The notes under the pieces were generated by a model. That model was not told the origin of the DNA. It did no database searches and saw only the letters and a program-made list of their open reading frames with translations. A stretch of DNA of 64,000 nucleotides from Geosiphon pyriformis uo1 (taxonomy: Eukaryota; Fungi; Glomeromycota), in contig JAAOMT010000025.1 of the NCBI GenBank assembly GCA_016748015.1, positions 1 to 64,000 on the forward strand, given 5' to 3'. Positions 40,030-53,524 of the stretch are shown in pieces (the first letter of the stretch is position 1; each line of letters opens with the position of its first letter). Made by a program: the position numbers and the translations under genes.

Positions 40030-41410
40030 ATAAATGCACAAAAATATTAACAACTTCAGCACTATATAAATACTCAACAGTTCAAGAAGAAATTATTTCA
40101 AAAGGAACAAAACAATATAAAACAACAATCAAAATATTTTATCAACCATCAAAATATATTTTACCAAAAAAACAAAAGAAATCCAGATCAACCAATCAGA
40201 GTAATTACAGAATCAGAAAAAAAGACAATATTATTCAACATGCACTCAGATTCAACAGCAGAACATTTTGACAAAGAAGCAACCATAGAAAAAACCAGAA
40301 AAAAATACTATTAATTATTAATGTATCCAAATATCATCCAATATGTTCAAAATTGTGATGTTTGTCAGAGAAGAAGAGGAACAAAACCCAATGAACTATT
40401 GAGACCAATCAAAGTAAAACAACCATTTAATTGCATTGGAATTGACTTAGTCAGACCATTAACAATCATCAGCAGAGGCAACAAATATATTGCAGTAGTC
40501 ATAAATTATCTCACTAAATAGCCAAAAGCAAAATTCATTCGAAAAGCAAATGCAGAATCTATTGCTGAATTCATTTATTAAAATTTAATCTGCTAACATA
40601 AATGTTCAAAAGAATTGTTATCTGATCAAAGAACTCACTTTGTGAATAGAACATTAGCAAAACTAAGTCAAAGATTTGGAATTAAAAGACCATTATCATC
40701 ATTATAACATTCACAAACAAATGAGTTAGTTGAAAGATTCAACAGAACATTGTGTGAAGCAATAGCCAAGATCAGCCAAGAAAACCAGGACAAATGGGAT
40801 CTGTTTATACTATTAGTATTATTTGCTTATCAGACAATAAAGTAAGACACTACACAAGCAACACTATTTGAATTAGTATATAGTAAAGCAGCAATATTAT
40901 TAATTGAGATAGAAGTCAATACATATCCAACAGAACTAATAATTGAAGACAATTTTCAGAAAACATTGCTAAAAAGAACATATGACTTGATAAAAATTCT
41001 AGAAAACAAATGGCAAAGAGTAGCTGATAACATCCAAAAGTCACAAAAAAAACAAAAAAAAAGACATAATAACCAATAACCAGATAAACCAGTTGAATTC
41101 AGAATTGGAGACAAAGTATTATTACATAATCCCAAAGCAGAAAAACAATAGAGTGAAAATTTGACCTCAAATAGAATGGACCATTTTACATAGAAAAAAT
41201 TCTAAGAAATAGAGCTTATAAATTAAGATTAAACAACAAAATCTTAACCAAAGCAGCACATAAAGATTGACTAAAATTATATCACAATATAGCATCATTA
41301 TTTGTCAGTAATATTCTACAATTGAAAGTACAAAAAATAATAGTCCGACCAGATAAGATTTTACAAGATCTAAAACCAATCATTATTATTGACACCAACA
41401 TGTCAAAATA
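40030..41410 (+). pseudogene. int: Gypsy A2 integrase (separate ORF)
   Basis: HSDSTAEH...CDVC, GIDLV, SDQR, VERFNRTL and GPF. Confidence 0.88.
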
Positions 41411-41436
41411 AAGCAACAAAAAAAAAATATAAAGAC

Positions 41437-42097
41437 ATGATAGACGTAATAGAAAATATCAGAAAAAATAGAAATTACTGACAACATTTACTTATTAGCA
41501 CAACAACTTTTTTAACTAATCCAACAATAAGTGATAAAAATTACAATTAATCAACAAACTATTAGATACAAAAACACCAAAAAGGAACCATGAGATAAAA
41601 TACAGAGAAAAACAGAAAACACTATTGACAAAATAATTACAAAGATGAAATTGGCAATAAAAACACAACCAAAAGTCACCCAATATTAAGAGTTGATAAT
41701 AAAAACATGGAATTGATGAACACAACAATTTTCAAGAAACTTTTGCTATTTTCACTTGAAACAACATTTAAATATTCAGAATTTATATACAAATAAAACA
41801 AAATGACTATTTAATACAACAATATTATAACAACTTAAACAATTTTTGGGAAAGAACAATCTAACTACACAAGCATAAACTATCTATTGATTACAAGTCA
41901 GATTTCAAAATCAACTAGAAATTTTACTCAATCCAGCAATAAATTTGATTACCATTAATCAAATAAAAAAAATAACAAAAGCCCAATTTGAAAAATTACA
42001 GAATAAGTTAACACAAGTAATTCTTGAAAAAAAAGTTCAAAAAATACTCAGAAACAGAAAATTGGAATTAAGAGATCTTAACAGAACTTAATATTAA
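41437..42097 (+). pseudogene. Gypsy A2 ORF3 (env position)
   Basis: Homologous to 19614-20243; stop codon overlaps the PPT. Confidence 0.75.
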
Positions 42098-42109
42098 AAG
42101 AGAGAATAA

Positions 42110-42968
42110 TATTACTAGTAGAATATAAGAAATATATTAACATATAAATTAGCCAATCAAAAATAGTCATAGTAAATATGAAATTCTAGAATTTTTTTTA
42201 GAAGAATTGCAGAATTCCAGGAATTTTAGAATTCTTATACAAGAAATCAAAGAATTTCAGAATTTCAGGATTCCTCTCAAAAAATTGCAGAATTCCAAGA
42301 ATTCCAAAATTTCTGGTGTAAAAAATTGAGGAATTGAGGAATCTCAATTATGTATATATAGTAATAGTGTTAGAAGTAGAAGGAACAAACCTCTCAGTTT
42401 GGATTTAATCTAAGCAACTTTTTTATTTACAAATATCAATAAATAATTATTCACTATCTTAATTTATTTTCCACTATCAACACTTTATGTTAATAGTAAT
42501 TGATACTTAACCATACTGAAACAATAGCTCTTAATCATGGTTATTGACAGAATACTAACTTGTAATCATTTTGGCTTATTTTTTTTATTTTTTTTGTTAT
42601 CTTTTTTATTTTTTTTCTGTATTTTTATTTGTTGTATACTAATTGATTAAAAGATTAAAGTGCTGAGTTATTAATGTCATAGATAGCCTGATAAAAGACC
42701 TTGAAATAAGAGTAGAATTATATATAGATTAATGGATAGCTTACCAAAAAGACATAACTGTTAGATTAAACTGGCCACTACACTAAAGACAGAAATTACA
42801 AAAACAACTTAAAAAATCAACCAAAACCAACCATAAGAACCTCTGTCTATTATACAAAGAACTCAATCAAAACCTTAACCTTCAGATATCACCAACTATT
42901 TCAAGCTATTGAGCACCAAGTTATGGGTTTGTTATTTGCTTTGAGACCCCAAATAATTGTCTGTAACA
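42110..42968 (+). repeat. Gypsy A2 3' LTR
   Basis: 859 bp; ends TGTAACA; 11-bp deletion near 42876 relative to the 5' LTR. Confidence 0.93.
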
Positions 42969-43316
42969 ACAAAACCTATTGGAATTTTTGCTAGAAAAAA
43001 AAAACTGTTTCTGCTGTTATTAATTACATAAGGCATTTGGTAGAGTTACATTATGCTAAAATGTGGCTGATAAGATCCAAGTATAGAGTAAATATGAAAA
43101 AGACTGGTTTATTTAAGAATAGTGGTTTGGTATTGAAATTGTTTTGTAGTGTAATATTTATATTGTCAGATAATATAATCAGGTTGCTTGGTATTGTTGA
43201 GTTTTTTGCTGTTAGTTTTGGTTATCACAAACTGTGTCTGTTTTTTTTAGGGTTATGTAGTAATATATGTGTTTATATAGATGTATAATATTACTTTGTT
43301 TAGTCTTAATGGCCAG

Positions 43317-44180
43317 TATTATAAGTGATTATTTGGAGTCTCAAATCAAATAACAAACTTGTAACTTAGTGCTCAATGTCTTGATTAATATCAGTTGTTG
43401 GAAGTGTTATAGATCTGAAGATTTTGGTTGAGTTCTTTGTATAATAAACAGAGATTCAATGACAATATATTGGTTGGTGAGTTGTTTTCCCAATTTCCAT
43501 CTTCAGTGTGGTAGCCAGTTTATTCTGACAGTCATGCCTTTCTGGTAAGCTATCCATTAATATATATTTGTTATTACTTTTATCTCTGGGTTTTTTACCA
43601 GGCTATCCTTGACATCAATAACTCAGTGCTTTTTCACTTTAATCAATTTAGTAAAACAAAGAAATAACAAAAGAAAATAAAAATAAAGAAACAAAGATAA
43701 AGAAAATAAACCAAGACATTTGTAAGTTAGTATTCCATTAATAGCCATGATCAAGAGCTATTGTTCCAGTGTGGTTTAAGTATCAATTACTATCAACATA
43801 AAGTGTTAATAGTGGAGAATAGATTGAGATAGTGAATAATTATTTATTGATATTTGTGATATGAATGGTTGTTTAGATCATATCTAAAACTGAGAGATCT
43901 GTCTTTTCTACTTCTAATGCTACCACTATATATACATAATTGAGATTTCTCAATTCCTCAATTTTTCACACCAGGAATCCTAGAATTTCTGGAATCCTGC
44001 AATTCCTTTTAAGAGAAATCCTGGAATTCTGGAATCCTGTAATTTTTTGTATAAAAATTCTGAAATTCCTGGAATCCTGTAATTCCTTTTAAAAGAAATC
44101 TTAGAATTCCACATTTACTATGACTATTTCTGATTGGCTAATTTCTATGCTAATATATTTCCTATATTTTATGAGTAACA
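43317..44180 (-). repeat. Gypsy A3 3' LTR
   Basis: 864 bp; repeat of 52479-53318. Confidence 0.94.
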
Positions 44181-44193
44181 CTATTCTTTCCTT

Positions 44194-44836
44194 TTAATAT
44201 TGAGCTCCATCGAAATCTCTCAATTCTCCTAGCTCTAATTTACTGTTTTTGAGTATTTCTTGAACTTTTTTTTCAAGAATTACTTGCATTATCTTGTTCT
44301 GTAATTCCTCAAATTGGGTGTTAATTATTTTTCTTATTTGGTTAACTGTAATGGAGTCTATTTTCAGGTTAAGTAAGATTTCTAATCTGTCTTAGAATCC
44401 TGTATGTAGTCAAATTGTTCTTTTCCACAAATTGTTCCAATTATTGCAGTATTGTTGTGTTAAATAATTGTTTTGTTTTGTCTGTATATAAGCTTTGAAT
44501 GTTCAAGTGTCATCTCAAGTAAAAGTAACAAAAATTTCTTGGAAATTGTTGTGTTCACCATTTCCAAATTTCTATATTTAACTTTTGATATTGGGTAACT
44601 TCTGGTTGTGCTTTTATTGTCACTTTTACTCTTGTAATTATTTTGTTAACAGTGTTTTCTGTTTTCTTCTGTATTTTGTGTTGAGGTATTTTTCTGGTAT
44701 TTTGGTCTTGAATGATTTGTTGGTTGACAGTAATTTCTATATTCTGTTGTTGAATCAGTTGGAAGAGTTTTTGGACTAGTGAATAGATGTTGTCAGTAAT
44801 TTCCATTTTTCTGAAGTCTTTTATCACATCTACCAT
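44194..44836 (-). pseudogene. Gypsy A3 ORF3 (env position)
   Basis: ORF 44555-44836 (MEITDNIYSLVQKLFQLIQQQ...) homologous to A1/A2 ORF3; small internal deletion. Confidence 0.8.
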
Positions 44837-44866
44837 GTCTTTATATACTCTTTTTCCTGTTCAATT

Positions 44867-46243
44867 TTACATGTTTGATCCAATGATTATGATTGGTTCC
44901 AGATCTTATGGAATCTCATCTGGTTGGACTAGTATTTTCTGTACTCCTAATTATAAAATATTACTAGTGGATGATGATACTATATAATAATATAGTTTCA
45001 GTCAATTACCATATGCTGCTTTGGCTAAAATTTTGTTGTCCCATCTTAATTTATAAGCTTCATTTCCAAGAATTTCTTCTATGTGAAATAGTCCATCCCA
45101 TTTGGGGTCAAATTTTCTACTCCATTGTTTTTTTGCTTTGGTATGGTGTAGAAGTACTTTGTTTCCAATCTTGAATTTAACTGGTTTATTTGGTAGTTGG
45201 TTATCATAATTTCTTTTTGTTTCTCTTGTGACTTCTGAATGTTATCAGCTGCTTTTCACCATTTGTTTTTTAGTGTTTCCATTAAGTCATATGTTCTTCT
45301 TAACAATATTTTTTGGAAATTGTCTTCTGTTATTGGTTCAGTTGGATATGTGTTAACTTCTTTTTCTACTAGTAATATTGCTGTTCTACTATATACTAAT
45401 TTAAATAGTGTTGTTTGTGTAATGTCTTGCTTTATTGTCCAGTAAGCAAATAGTACTGATAGCATAAACAAATCCCATTCATCCTAGTTTTTTTGACTGA
45501 TCTTGGCAATTGTTTTACACAATGTTCTGTTAAACCTTTCAACTAACCTATTTGTTTATGGATGGTATGGTGATGATAGTAGTCTTTTTATTTCAAATTT
45601 TTGACTTAATTCTGTCAATGTTCTATTTACAAAGTGTGTTTCTTGATCTAATAGTAGTTTTTTTGGACATCCATGTCAACAGATCAAATTTTGATAAATA
45701 AATTTAGTAATGAATTCTGTATCTGTTCTTTGAATGGCTTTTGCTTTTGGCCATTTAGTGAGATAATCCATGACTACTGCAATATATCTGTTGCTTCTGC
45801 TGGTAATGGTTAATGGTTTGATTAAGTCAATTCCAATGTGATCAAATGATTGTCCCATTTTGATTGGTCTCAATGGTTTACTTGGTTTTGTTTCTTTTCT
45901 TCTTTGACAAGCATTACAATTCTGAACATATTGAATAATATTTGAATACATTAATGGCCAATAGTATCTTTTTCTGGTTTTTTTTATGGTTGCTTCTTTG
46001 TGAAAATGTTTTTGTTGTTGGATCTAAATATATGTTGAATAGTATTGTCTTTTTCTCTGGCTCTGTGATTACTTTGATTGATTAATCTGAGTTCTTTTTG
46101 TTTTTCTAGTAAAGTATATTTTGATAGTTGATAAAATATTTTGATTGTTGTTTTATGTTGTTTTGTTTTTTTTGAGATAATTTCTCCTTAAATAATTGGG
46201 TATTTATATAATATTAGAGTTGTTGGTATTTTTGTATATTCAT
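44867..46243 (-). pseudogene. int: Gypsy A3 integrase (separate ORF with intact ATG at 46243)
   Basis: MNIQKYQQL start; CNACQRR, GIDLI, WPKAKAI and VERFNRTL. Confidence 0.88.
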
Positions 46244-46274
46244 CTTTTGTTATATTTTTTTGGGTTGAAATGTT

Positions 46275-49200
46275 TTAGATTTGTCTTATTTACAACAAAC
46301 TGTCAGCATTTCTGTTGTCTTTTCTTTTTTTATAGTGTACTGTAAATTTATATAATAATAATGCTATTTTCTATCTTGTATGACAATTGTCTCCAAATTC
46401 TTGCTTCTGGATAGAAGTCAATCTTTTATGATCAGTATACACATCAAACTTTTGGCTCAAGTATTTTTTCCATTTGGTAACAGCCCAATAGATAGCTAAG
46501 TGTTCTAGTGCTGAAGTTTCATAATTCTTTTCGGCTGGACTTAAGCTTCTACTGACATAAGCTACTGGATGTTCTTTTCCATCTGGTTTTTTTTGTGATA
46601 GTACTGCTCTTAATGCTTGGTTTGATATATTGGTGGTAATAATGAATGGTTTGCTGTAATCTGGATACATCAATACTGGAACCTGAATAAGTTTTCTTCT
46701 CAGTGTGTCAAATGCTTTTTATTAAGCTTCTGTTTATTCATACTTTATATTTTTAGTTTGTAAATGATGGAATGGCTGAGCCAGTTTAGAAAAGTCCTTA
46801 ATAAAACAATAATAATAGCCTGCAAATCCCAAAAATGCTCTTAGTTCTGTCAAATTGGTTGGTACCAGAAAGTTCTTTACTATTGCAATTTTATCTGAAT
46901 CTGTTTTGATACCATCTTTGCTTACCACATGTCCCAAAAACTTGAGTTTTGTTTTGCTAAAGAAGCATTTATTGGCATTTAGTTTCAATCCTGCTCATCT
47001 GAGTTTTTCAAATACTTGTTGGAGATGGTGTAGATGATCATCAAATGTTTTTGAGATTACATTGGTGTTGTTTAAGTATATGACTACTGATTTTCATAGT
47101 AGTCCAGTATAGACAATTTCCATGAGTTATTGAAATATTGCTAGAGTATTCATCAAGCCAAATGGTATTACTTTAAACTCAAAGTTTTCTTCCCGAATTG
47201 TAAAAGCCATTTTCTCTTTGTTTTTTGGCTTCATGGCTACTTGCCAATAATCACTGTCTAAGTCTAATATCAAGAACTATATCTTTCTACCAAAAACATT
47301 GAACAGTTTTTGGATCTTTGGTATTGGATAGCTATCTTCTTTTGTCACTCCATTTAGTTTCTAGTAATCTACACAAAAATGGATTTTCCCATTCTTCTTA
47401 TGGACTAGTACCACTGGTGATGACCATGGGCTCATTGATAGCTGAATTAACCTATTGTCAAACATCTGATTAATTTTTCAACAAATAATCTCATGGCTAG
47501 CTAGTGGTATTCTGTATGCTCTCTGTTTAATTGGCATCACATCTCCAGTTTTTATTTGGTGCTTAATGATGTCAGTTCTGCCAAATTCATTTTCATTGGC
47601 AAAGATGTCATTGAAGTTGTTGAGTAACATTTTGAGTTGCATATGTTGTAGTGGATCTAAGTTTTCCAAGTTTATCTGTTCCAATTGTTCTGGTTGGAGC
47701 AGATAACATTCTTCTCATTCGTAGATTGTTTGTGATGTGATATCTATATATTCACACAGCTGTAAAAAATCTGAAATGGTGTCTGACAGCTGGTTTTCAA
47801 TTTCAGTGGTTAAATAGCCAATAATGGTTCTTTCTGGTATTTTGATGATGTTTCCTGTGTTATTGTAAATTAGAATTTTGATGTGCCTGTGATTTTTGGC
47901 TGGTATGTGGAGATTAACTAATCTAATCTCTTCTGATTTGCAAAGTGTTGCTTCTGCCTCAAAAATCTGAATCTGATTCTTCACTTTTTTTTCTATAACT
48001 AATATGTACTGGTCATATGGTGGAATGAAAATTGATTGACGGATGGAGATAATTTCTCCCTTGTCAATAATTTCTTCCTCTGCCATATTAACTGGTACAT
48101 CTATTCTACCTGTGGATCCAAATCCCTATATTTTTTTTGCTGTAATTTCTAATTCTTTCCTGTTTTCTACTGACATTAAATGAGCTATTTTAACCAGAAG
48201 TAGAAATATTACCTGTGTTATTTTTTTATTTGATTCTATTATATAGGCTTTTTCTGAGTTATTTTGTAACATAGCAATGATATTTCCTATATATCCTGCA
48301 TCAATTATTTCTCCTCTGATGTTAATTCTCTTGTTTGCTAAACTACTCCTGAAGATTAGTTGAACTATTATTGTTGTTAGAATTTCTGATGCTATTTTCA
48401 GATCAATACAAGTGTGTGAATGTGGTTCCAATTTGATGGCATTTTTTTCTGGATATCTTAGATTAAATTCAGCGTTGGTATCATGTGCACGTTCTGGCAT
48501 AATATCTTCATTGTTATTGCTAAACTATTTTAGTTTCTGTTCCTTGAAGAGGTCAAAAAGTACAATATATTATTTGGGATTTGAATTGGAGTTTGAATTG
48601 TTGTAATTTTTGTTGCCATTTTGAATGGAGCTAGAACTGTTATTTTCATCATTATCACTGTCAGAGTTTGAATCAAGATTGAAAATTGATTCCAATTTTG
48701 ACATACAGCTGTTTATTGGTTCATCTTCTTTTAAGATCATGTAGATTATGTATGATGGTAGATTGTAAATAAAGTTACATTCATTACAATATTGGAAGTT
48801 ATAAAGGATTAAGCAATGTTGATATAATTGAGTATTTAACTACTCTAAATGCTGCTTTTGTTCTTCCTTAGTGAATGCTAATTGCTGGTAATGTGCATAG
48901 AATTCTTTTGGCTTGTCTTCAATGTTGTTACAGATGTTGAATGTGAGTATGTATTTAGGTTCAGGCAGTGAAAATGGGTTATTCTTAATTTTTAACAACT
49001 CACTGGTAGTGGTGTTTTCTGCTTTTGCACTTACTATTCTCCAGATTTTATGTTTGTTGTAAAGATATTCTTCCAACCATTGCAATGCTTTTTTCCAAGC
49101 GTTGTTGATTGGAGTTCTTTTGCATACTCAGTCATTTATCAGGATGGTATACTGGTATGTCTCATCGTATGTTTTTTTACACCCAAGAATGTCATTCCAC

Positions 49201-52200
49201 ATTTCTTTGTCAGACAAAATAGTTCCATATGCAAGACAAGGTTTATTATCCCATTTTCGCTGTCTTTTTTGGTGTTCAAATTGTTCTATAACATATAGGC
49301 AACAATAAAATTTTGTTGCTATAGAGTATTCCTTGTTGTCGTCACAGCATGCACTCATTGATAACAATTTTGGTTGGCAATAGTTAGATGGCTGGGGTAA
49401 AAAGTAAGCATATTGGTTATAAGTGATGGTTGGTGTCAGATCTTCTTTCTCTTTTTTCTCTTTTCTCTTATTGTTATCTTTTTTCTATTCCCAAGTTGTT
49501 ATTAGTTTGGCTTGATTGTTGTTAGTTTCCCAGACTTGGTCGGCACTCTAGATAAGTTTTTTTTTTTCTTTTTTTTTCCCTTATTGTTATCCCAAGAGAG
49601 TATTAGTAGTAGCTTGTTGTGGTTCTCATCAGTTCAAGAGACTTGGTATGCTTCTCAGGTAAATTTTTTTTTCTTTGTCAAATTCAATGAGTAGTACTGG
49701 TGGGTTAGTGGTCTTGAAATGACCACACATGGCTGGTACACATGTGTATTGATTGTTCTGGCTCAGTTAGAGCTCCTGTGTGATCCAATTAAGGGTTGTA
49801 TTTGTTTTAAACAGCCAATTATTACCAACAAGTGCTTTGTATTGAGTGGCTTCCATTACTAGAACTTTAATTGGTATCATAATGCCATTGACTTCAAAAG
49901 GGAAGTTGTTGATCTTGCCGATAGAAGTTTTTGTAGCTCCATCTGCTGTAATAATTTTGGCACTGGCAGTGCAATCAACTTGGCAACCTAATTGGTCCAT
50001 GAGTTGTCTTGTAATAATGCTGCCAGCTGATCTACTGTTTAGGATCAGTTTGATGGAATGGCCATCAACTTTGGCATCAGTGTACATAGCAGTAATAGGT
50101 TTTTTTTCAAGAGTGGCTCCACTAAATAACAGTATGGTTGATGGTTTCTCAAGTTCAAATTGGAAGATGGCATCTAGTAATTTGTTCTTGGTAATAGTAG
50201 TTGGTGGAATGTTGTTGGTTAGTGTTGATTGTTGGTTGGTTTCTAGATTATTGGGTTGAACATTTTTTGGGGAAACCAAAAGACTTAAATAGTATTGAAA
50301 ATTCGGGTTTTGGGTGTGCCCAGTTTCTGGATTCTAAGAACATAATTCTGTTGGTTGGTGAGAGGAACTGGAGATCAGTTGATGAACAATCATCACCAAT
50401 CTCCAGTTTTGAGTGACTCTTAATCTGAGATTTCCTGATGTCATTTGAGCTGGGTTTGGTGGCAGTGCTTGAAGTTGCTAAGATTGATAAATTACTGGTG
50501 GCTGTAGTTGATATATTGCTTGTGACTGTAGTTAATAAATTGGAGGTTAATATATAGATGTTTGAAAAATTGGCTGCTGCATCATTAACAGGTAAGTTTG
50601 ATGATATGGCTCTGAGTTTGGTGGATTATTTGGAGTTTAAAACCGGCAATTGGGGTTTTGATATTAATTTTCTGATTATTGGTTATTTAAACAATAACAG
50701 CAGTCAATTTGTAGATGTTCTTGTTTACCACAATAGTGACAAACATGCATTTCCTGTTGTCATTGTGGATTGGTTGATGTGGATGGACATGATTGATTTT
50801 GGAAACAATTAGAATTTCTCTGATTATTGTATTACTGTAGAGGTTAATAGATTGCTTAATTGTTATTAACTAAGTATTTCTCTAATTTCTGATTGATTAA
50901 TTTGCTAAATTGCTTCAATTTGGAATCCAAGTCAGATGATCTGTTCATTACTAGATTTACTGCTTAGGCATAGTTGGCTTTTAATTTAGTGGCTTCAAAG
51001 TCTCTGGTATTTGTGACAACTGCTTGCAGATTGATGAAATACATTAGACATACGTGTTGCAGGATGCTACTGCATAATTTGCGAATAAACTGATTTAGGA
51101 TCTGGGCCACTGTAAAATAATTGGCATTAATGACTTGGATCTGGTACAGATTCCTGTGAAAGTGCCCTAAGTAAGTAGTAACTGCTATGGTTTCTCTTTG
51201 TTTAATGGTAATGAAGGTGTTTGCTAGTCTGTTAATGCTGTTATTGTTGCTAAAATATCTTAAGAACTCAATTTTGAATGCATTGAAATCTTGGAGTTTG
51301 TTGACCAAGTTTTGGTACCATGAATTGGCAGTATTTTGAAGAAAATATGAGATGACTTGCATGGCTCTGGTATTGTTCCATTCATTAGCCGTGATGGCTT
51401 TTTCTATGTTATTGAGCCATATTTGGACATCATTTTCTTTGCTGGTAAACTTTTCGAGTTTTGCTATTGGGGCATAAGCCATTGGGTCCAAGTTTTGTTG
51501 TTGAAATGATAACTAGATTTGAGGTTGTGGTGGTAGTTGTTGTGATGGATTGGTAACAATAACTGGAGATAAGTTCAGATGATTGATTATATTAGAGTTT
51601 TGATTGTTTTGATTTGGTGGTGGTTGAATATTTGGAGTTTCAATTTTCAGATTTTCTAAATTTGTATTTTGCTAAGTCTGAAAGTTCAGAGTTTCAATTT
51701 CTGGGTTTTCAGCAATCGAGTTTTTGTAATTAAATTCCTGATTGTTGTCTTCCTTTTCTTCTGATTTGGTTATTTCTTATGGATTAGCTGTTCCAAAATT
51801 TGGTGGAGGTAACAGTGATCAAAATCCTAATGGCATAAGCAATTACGAATTAAATCACTCAAAATATTCACCATAAGTTCCTAATAATTCTGTTTTTTTT
51901 TGTTTACTTTAGAATGAAAGTTGTTTGAATGTTAATATCGCATTTGATGTGGACATGCCTGTTAATGTAATGTTAATGGCACTTTCAAGTATGTAGTGAT
52001 ATAATGGATTAGTTGGTGATTTAACTCTTGTTTTTTTCTAAATAAGTGGTTGTATTGTTTTGGGTGTTACCACTGATATTTGCAATCTTTTTTTGTCTTT
52101 GTCTTTGTAGATGATAGGGAATTGTTGTTGGGTATATTTTTCAATAGTTTGGTTGATTTCTCTGATGATTGGTGCAAAACTGTAGTTTCTTGGTAAGCTG

Positions 52201-52446
52201 GTATGTTGAAATAATTCTGTATAGAAGTTTTCTCTTGCTGATTCAATGTTAACTGTTTCTTCTAAGCAGTCTGTGATTTTATTGTTGACATAGAAGTTAA
52301 AGGCTAATTCTGTTGGAAAGTGATTATTGTTTAATCCTAATTGTTGGCTATATTGTTAAAACAAGAATTTGGCAAATTCTAAGTAGTTGGTTCCTATAGT
52401 TTCTGATTCTGCTACTTTTGGATGATTGTTGGTTGGTGCTGGTTCT
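46275..52446 (-). pseudogene. gag-pol: Gypsy A3 gag-pol (CA, CCHC, PR, Cys-rich domain, dUTPase ~48110-48535, RT, RH)
   Basis: ORFs 50964-51491 (capsid), 49767-50279 (PR), 48126-48500 (dUTPase, GEIIDAGY), 46734-46988 (RT) and 46371-46673 (RH, YTDHK). Confidence 0.9.
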
Positions 52447-52478
52447 CTGTAGGATTATACTTTATAAGGAGCACCAAA

Positions 52479-53318
52479 TGTTACAAGTGATTATTTGGAG
52501 TCTTAAATCAAATAACAAATTCGTAACTTGGTGCTCAATGTCTTGATTGATATCAGTTGTTGGAAGTGTTATAGATCTGAAGGTTTTGGTTGAGTCCTTT
52601 GTATGATAAACAGAGATTCAATGACAATATAGTTGGTTGGTAAGTTGTTTTCCCAATTTCTGTTTTCAGTATGGTGACCAGTTTATTCTAACAGTCATGC
52701 TTTTCTGGTAAGCTATTCATTAATATATATTTGTTATTACCCTTATCTCTGGGTCTTTTACTAGGCTATCCTTGACATCAATAACTCAGTGCTTTTCTTC
52801 TTTAATCAATTTAGTAAAACAAAGAAATAACAAAAAAAAATAAAAATAAAGAAACAAAGATAGAAAAAATAAACCAAGGCGTTTATAAGTTAGTATTCCA
52901 TCAATAGCTATGATCAAGAGCTATTGTTCTAGTGTGGTTTAAGTATCAATTACTATCAACATAAAGTGTTAATAGTGGAGAGTAAATTGAGATAGTGAAT
53001 AATTATTTATTGATATTTGTGATATAAATGGTTGTTTAGATCAAATCTAAAACTGAGAGATCTGGCTTTTCTACTTCTAATGCTACCACTATATATACAT
53101 AATTAAGATTTCTCAATTTCTCAATTCCTCACACCAGAAATCCTGGAATTCCTGGAATCCTGCAATTCTTTTTAAGAAAAATCTTGGAATTCTGGAATTC
53201 TGCAATTTCTTGTATGAGAATTCTGAAATTCCTAGAATCTTGCAATTCTTTTTAAAAAAAATCCTGGAATTCCACATTTACTATGGCTACTTTTGATTGG
53301 CTAATTTCATAAGTAACA
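52479..53318 (-). repeat. Gypsy A3 5' LTR
   Basis: 840 bp; lacks 25 bp near the U3 start relative to the 3' LTR. Confidence 0.94.
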
Positions 53319-53524
53319 CCAGTTATATATAATAAGTTTATAAGTCGCATTTAGTTTAAATTACTTGGTTTGGTCTTATGTATTAGATAGTAATTGGACT
53401 TCACTTAATAAATACAATTAATAAAAAATAATAAAAAATTATTTTATTAAATATTATTAAGTAAACTTATTTATTAGCTTTTTAATAATATATAATTAAA
53501 TTTTTATTAAGTTTAATAATTATT

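Larger units (their letters stand above)
32894..42968 (+). mobile_element. Ty3/Gypsy LTR retrotransposon A2
   Basis: LTRs at 32894-33765 and 42110-42968; TSD ACAG (32890-32893) / ACAA (42969-42972); PBS; PPT; same architecture as A1. Confidence 0.95.
43317..53318 (-). mobile_element. Ty3/Gypsy LTR retrotransposon A3, inserted antisense in the LINE copy 3 3' UTR
   Basis: Perfect TSD CCAG (43313-43316 and 53319-53322); LTRs at 43317-44180 and 52479-53318; PBS at 52461-52476; PPT at 44184-44195. Confidence 0.96.
26636..53428 (+). mobile_element. LINE copy 3 (26636-32893, 42973-43316, 53323-53428), split by Gypsy A2 and A3; most decayed copy
   Basis: ORF1/ORF2 remnants; ORF2 rejoins across A2; the 3' UTR resuming after A3 aligns with the copy 1 3' UTR and ends in an A-tract. 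Confidence 0.9.
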